Of a stretch of DNA of 64,000 nucleotides, positions 63,082-64,000 are shown in pieces (position 1 is the first letter of the stretch; each line of letters begins with the position of its first letter). The notes beneath the pieces are model-generated. The model was not told the DNA's origin. It did no database searches and worked only from the letters and a program-made list of their open reading frames with translations. A program made the translations under genes and the position numbers. The stretch comes from Vezdaea acicularis (taxonomy: Eukaryota), in NCBI GenBank assembly GCA_026025075.1, contig JAPEUI010000026.1, forward strand, positions 1-64,000. Direction: 5' to 3'.

Positions 63082-64000
63082 ATGTCGGACCTCATCCGTG
63101 AGTCTCCGATCGGCCAGCTTCTGCGCTACGCTACGGGAAACAAAGTTCTCAAGTATCCCGAAGAATTGCCTGGTTGGCAATGTCCGGAGTCTTATAGAAA
63201 TCCTGATACAATATCGGGCCCCAACGAGGTCAAGGAAGAGAGCGAGGCTGAGACGCCCACAGAAGATATTGCTGAGCCAGAGAAGGCAAAAGAATTAGGC
63301 GCCGAGAACGAAGCATACGAGGACCCTCTTGCTACAGGTGATGAGCCCAATGCGATACGTGCGCCAGCGACACGTATTTCGACAAAGGCTTCGAGGTTAT
63401 CTGAGCGGCCGACGGCAAGGCGGAACTCTACTGGACTCACAAGAGTTGGCACGCTGAGCCTAGAACGTACCCCTACGCAAGCAGACTTAAGGCAGGTAAA
63501 GAGTCGTGTTGAAATGGAAGCAGTGTGGGAACGTGCACAGCAGGCTGAAGAGGAGAAGCAAATTGAGAAGGAAACTGGAGAGAATTTACCTATAGTACCT
63601 CAGAAGACAGCAGATGGTAAAATTTTGGTTGATTGGTATACGACTGATGATCCCGACAATCCACAAAGTATTTCATAACTCTGTCCTACAGGCAGGAGTG
63701 ATACTAACGGTCAGCTACAGACTGGAGTTCGAAGAAAAAAGTCTTTGTGGCTTTTGTCATATGCACATACACATTTACGGTGTATATAGGTTCCGCCATC
63801 TACTCATCCGCTGAAGGGTTCGCAAGGCTATATCTTTGAAGCAATTGATACGACTTACTAACTGGCTAATAGATATGTCATGGCGCAATTTGGAGTGTCG
63901 GAAGTCGCTTCTTCTCTTGGCCTGGCTCTCTACGTATTAGCTTGTACGTACTATTTTAGCTATGTGGGAACAACTTGCTGACCTGGCTTCGAAGATGGCA
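63082..64000 (+). CDS. DHA1-family MFS multidrug transporter (Flr1/Caf5/Mdr1-like), truncated by the window end
   Basis: MSDLIRESPIGQLLRYATGNKVLKYPEE, ILVDWYTTDDPDNPQ|(N)WSSKKK, YTFTVYIGSAIY, SLGLALYVLA; introns at ~63668-63720, ~63798-63872 and from ~63944. Confidence 0.92.

Noticed and set aside
1..64000. CRISPR arrays, rRNA/5S genes, transposase or reverse-transcriptase genes, secondary-metabolite backbone genes
   Set aside because: No repeat-spacer periodicity or diagnostic motifs seen by eye; small degenerate elements could have been missed.

Overview
Eukaryotic, intron-containing DNA from a filamentous ascomycete (Pezizomycotina-type short GT..CTRAY..YAG introns and gene content). I found no rRNA, tRNA, CRISPR array or recognisable transposon. 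About 19 protein-coding loci can be spliced by hand: a small YxHVPxHAA-motif protein, PSY2/SMEK (PP4R3), ATG33-like, a WSC cell-wall sensor, MEF2, VPS17, a DUF3445 protein, an SLC35F transporter, a BTB gene with an in-frame TGA, a lipocalin-like protein, a vacuolar-type MFS, a repeat-containing disordered protein, CPA1/arg-2, an NAD(P)-dependent epimerase, ETF-beta, THO2, a second BTB gene, an SDR and a truncated DHA1 MFS. The best hidden feature, absent from the ORF track, is a three-exon 24-codon arginine attenuator peptide uORF (MRNTPSIFTSQDYISDHLWKASAN) upstream of CPA1; this is a known system. Less explained observations: a short motif shared by two otherwise unrelated disordered proteins, a stop-interrupted BTB/Zn-ribbon gene, a symmetric Ser/Thr exon in the WSC sensor, a GATTAC motif cluster in the SDR-MFS divergent promoter, and a GC mosaic whose boundaries cut through genes. 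I did not find a demonstrably new multi-gene system. Exon boundaries were read by eye and family assignments come from motif recognition, not database searches.
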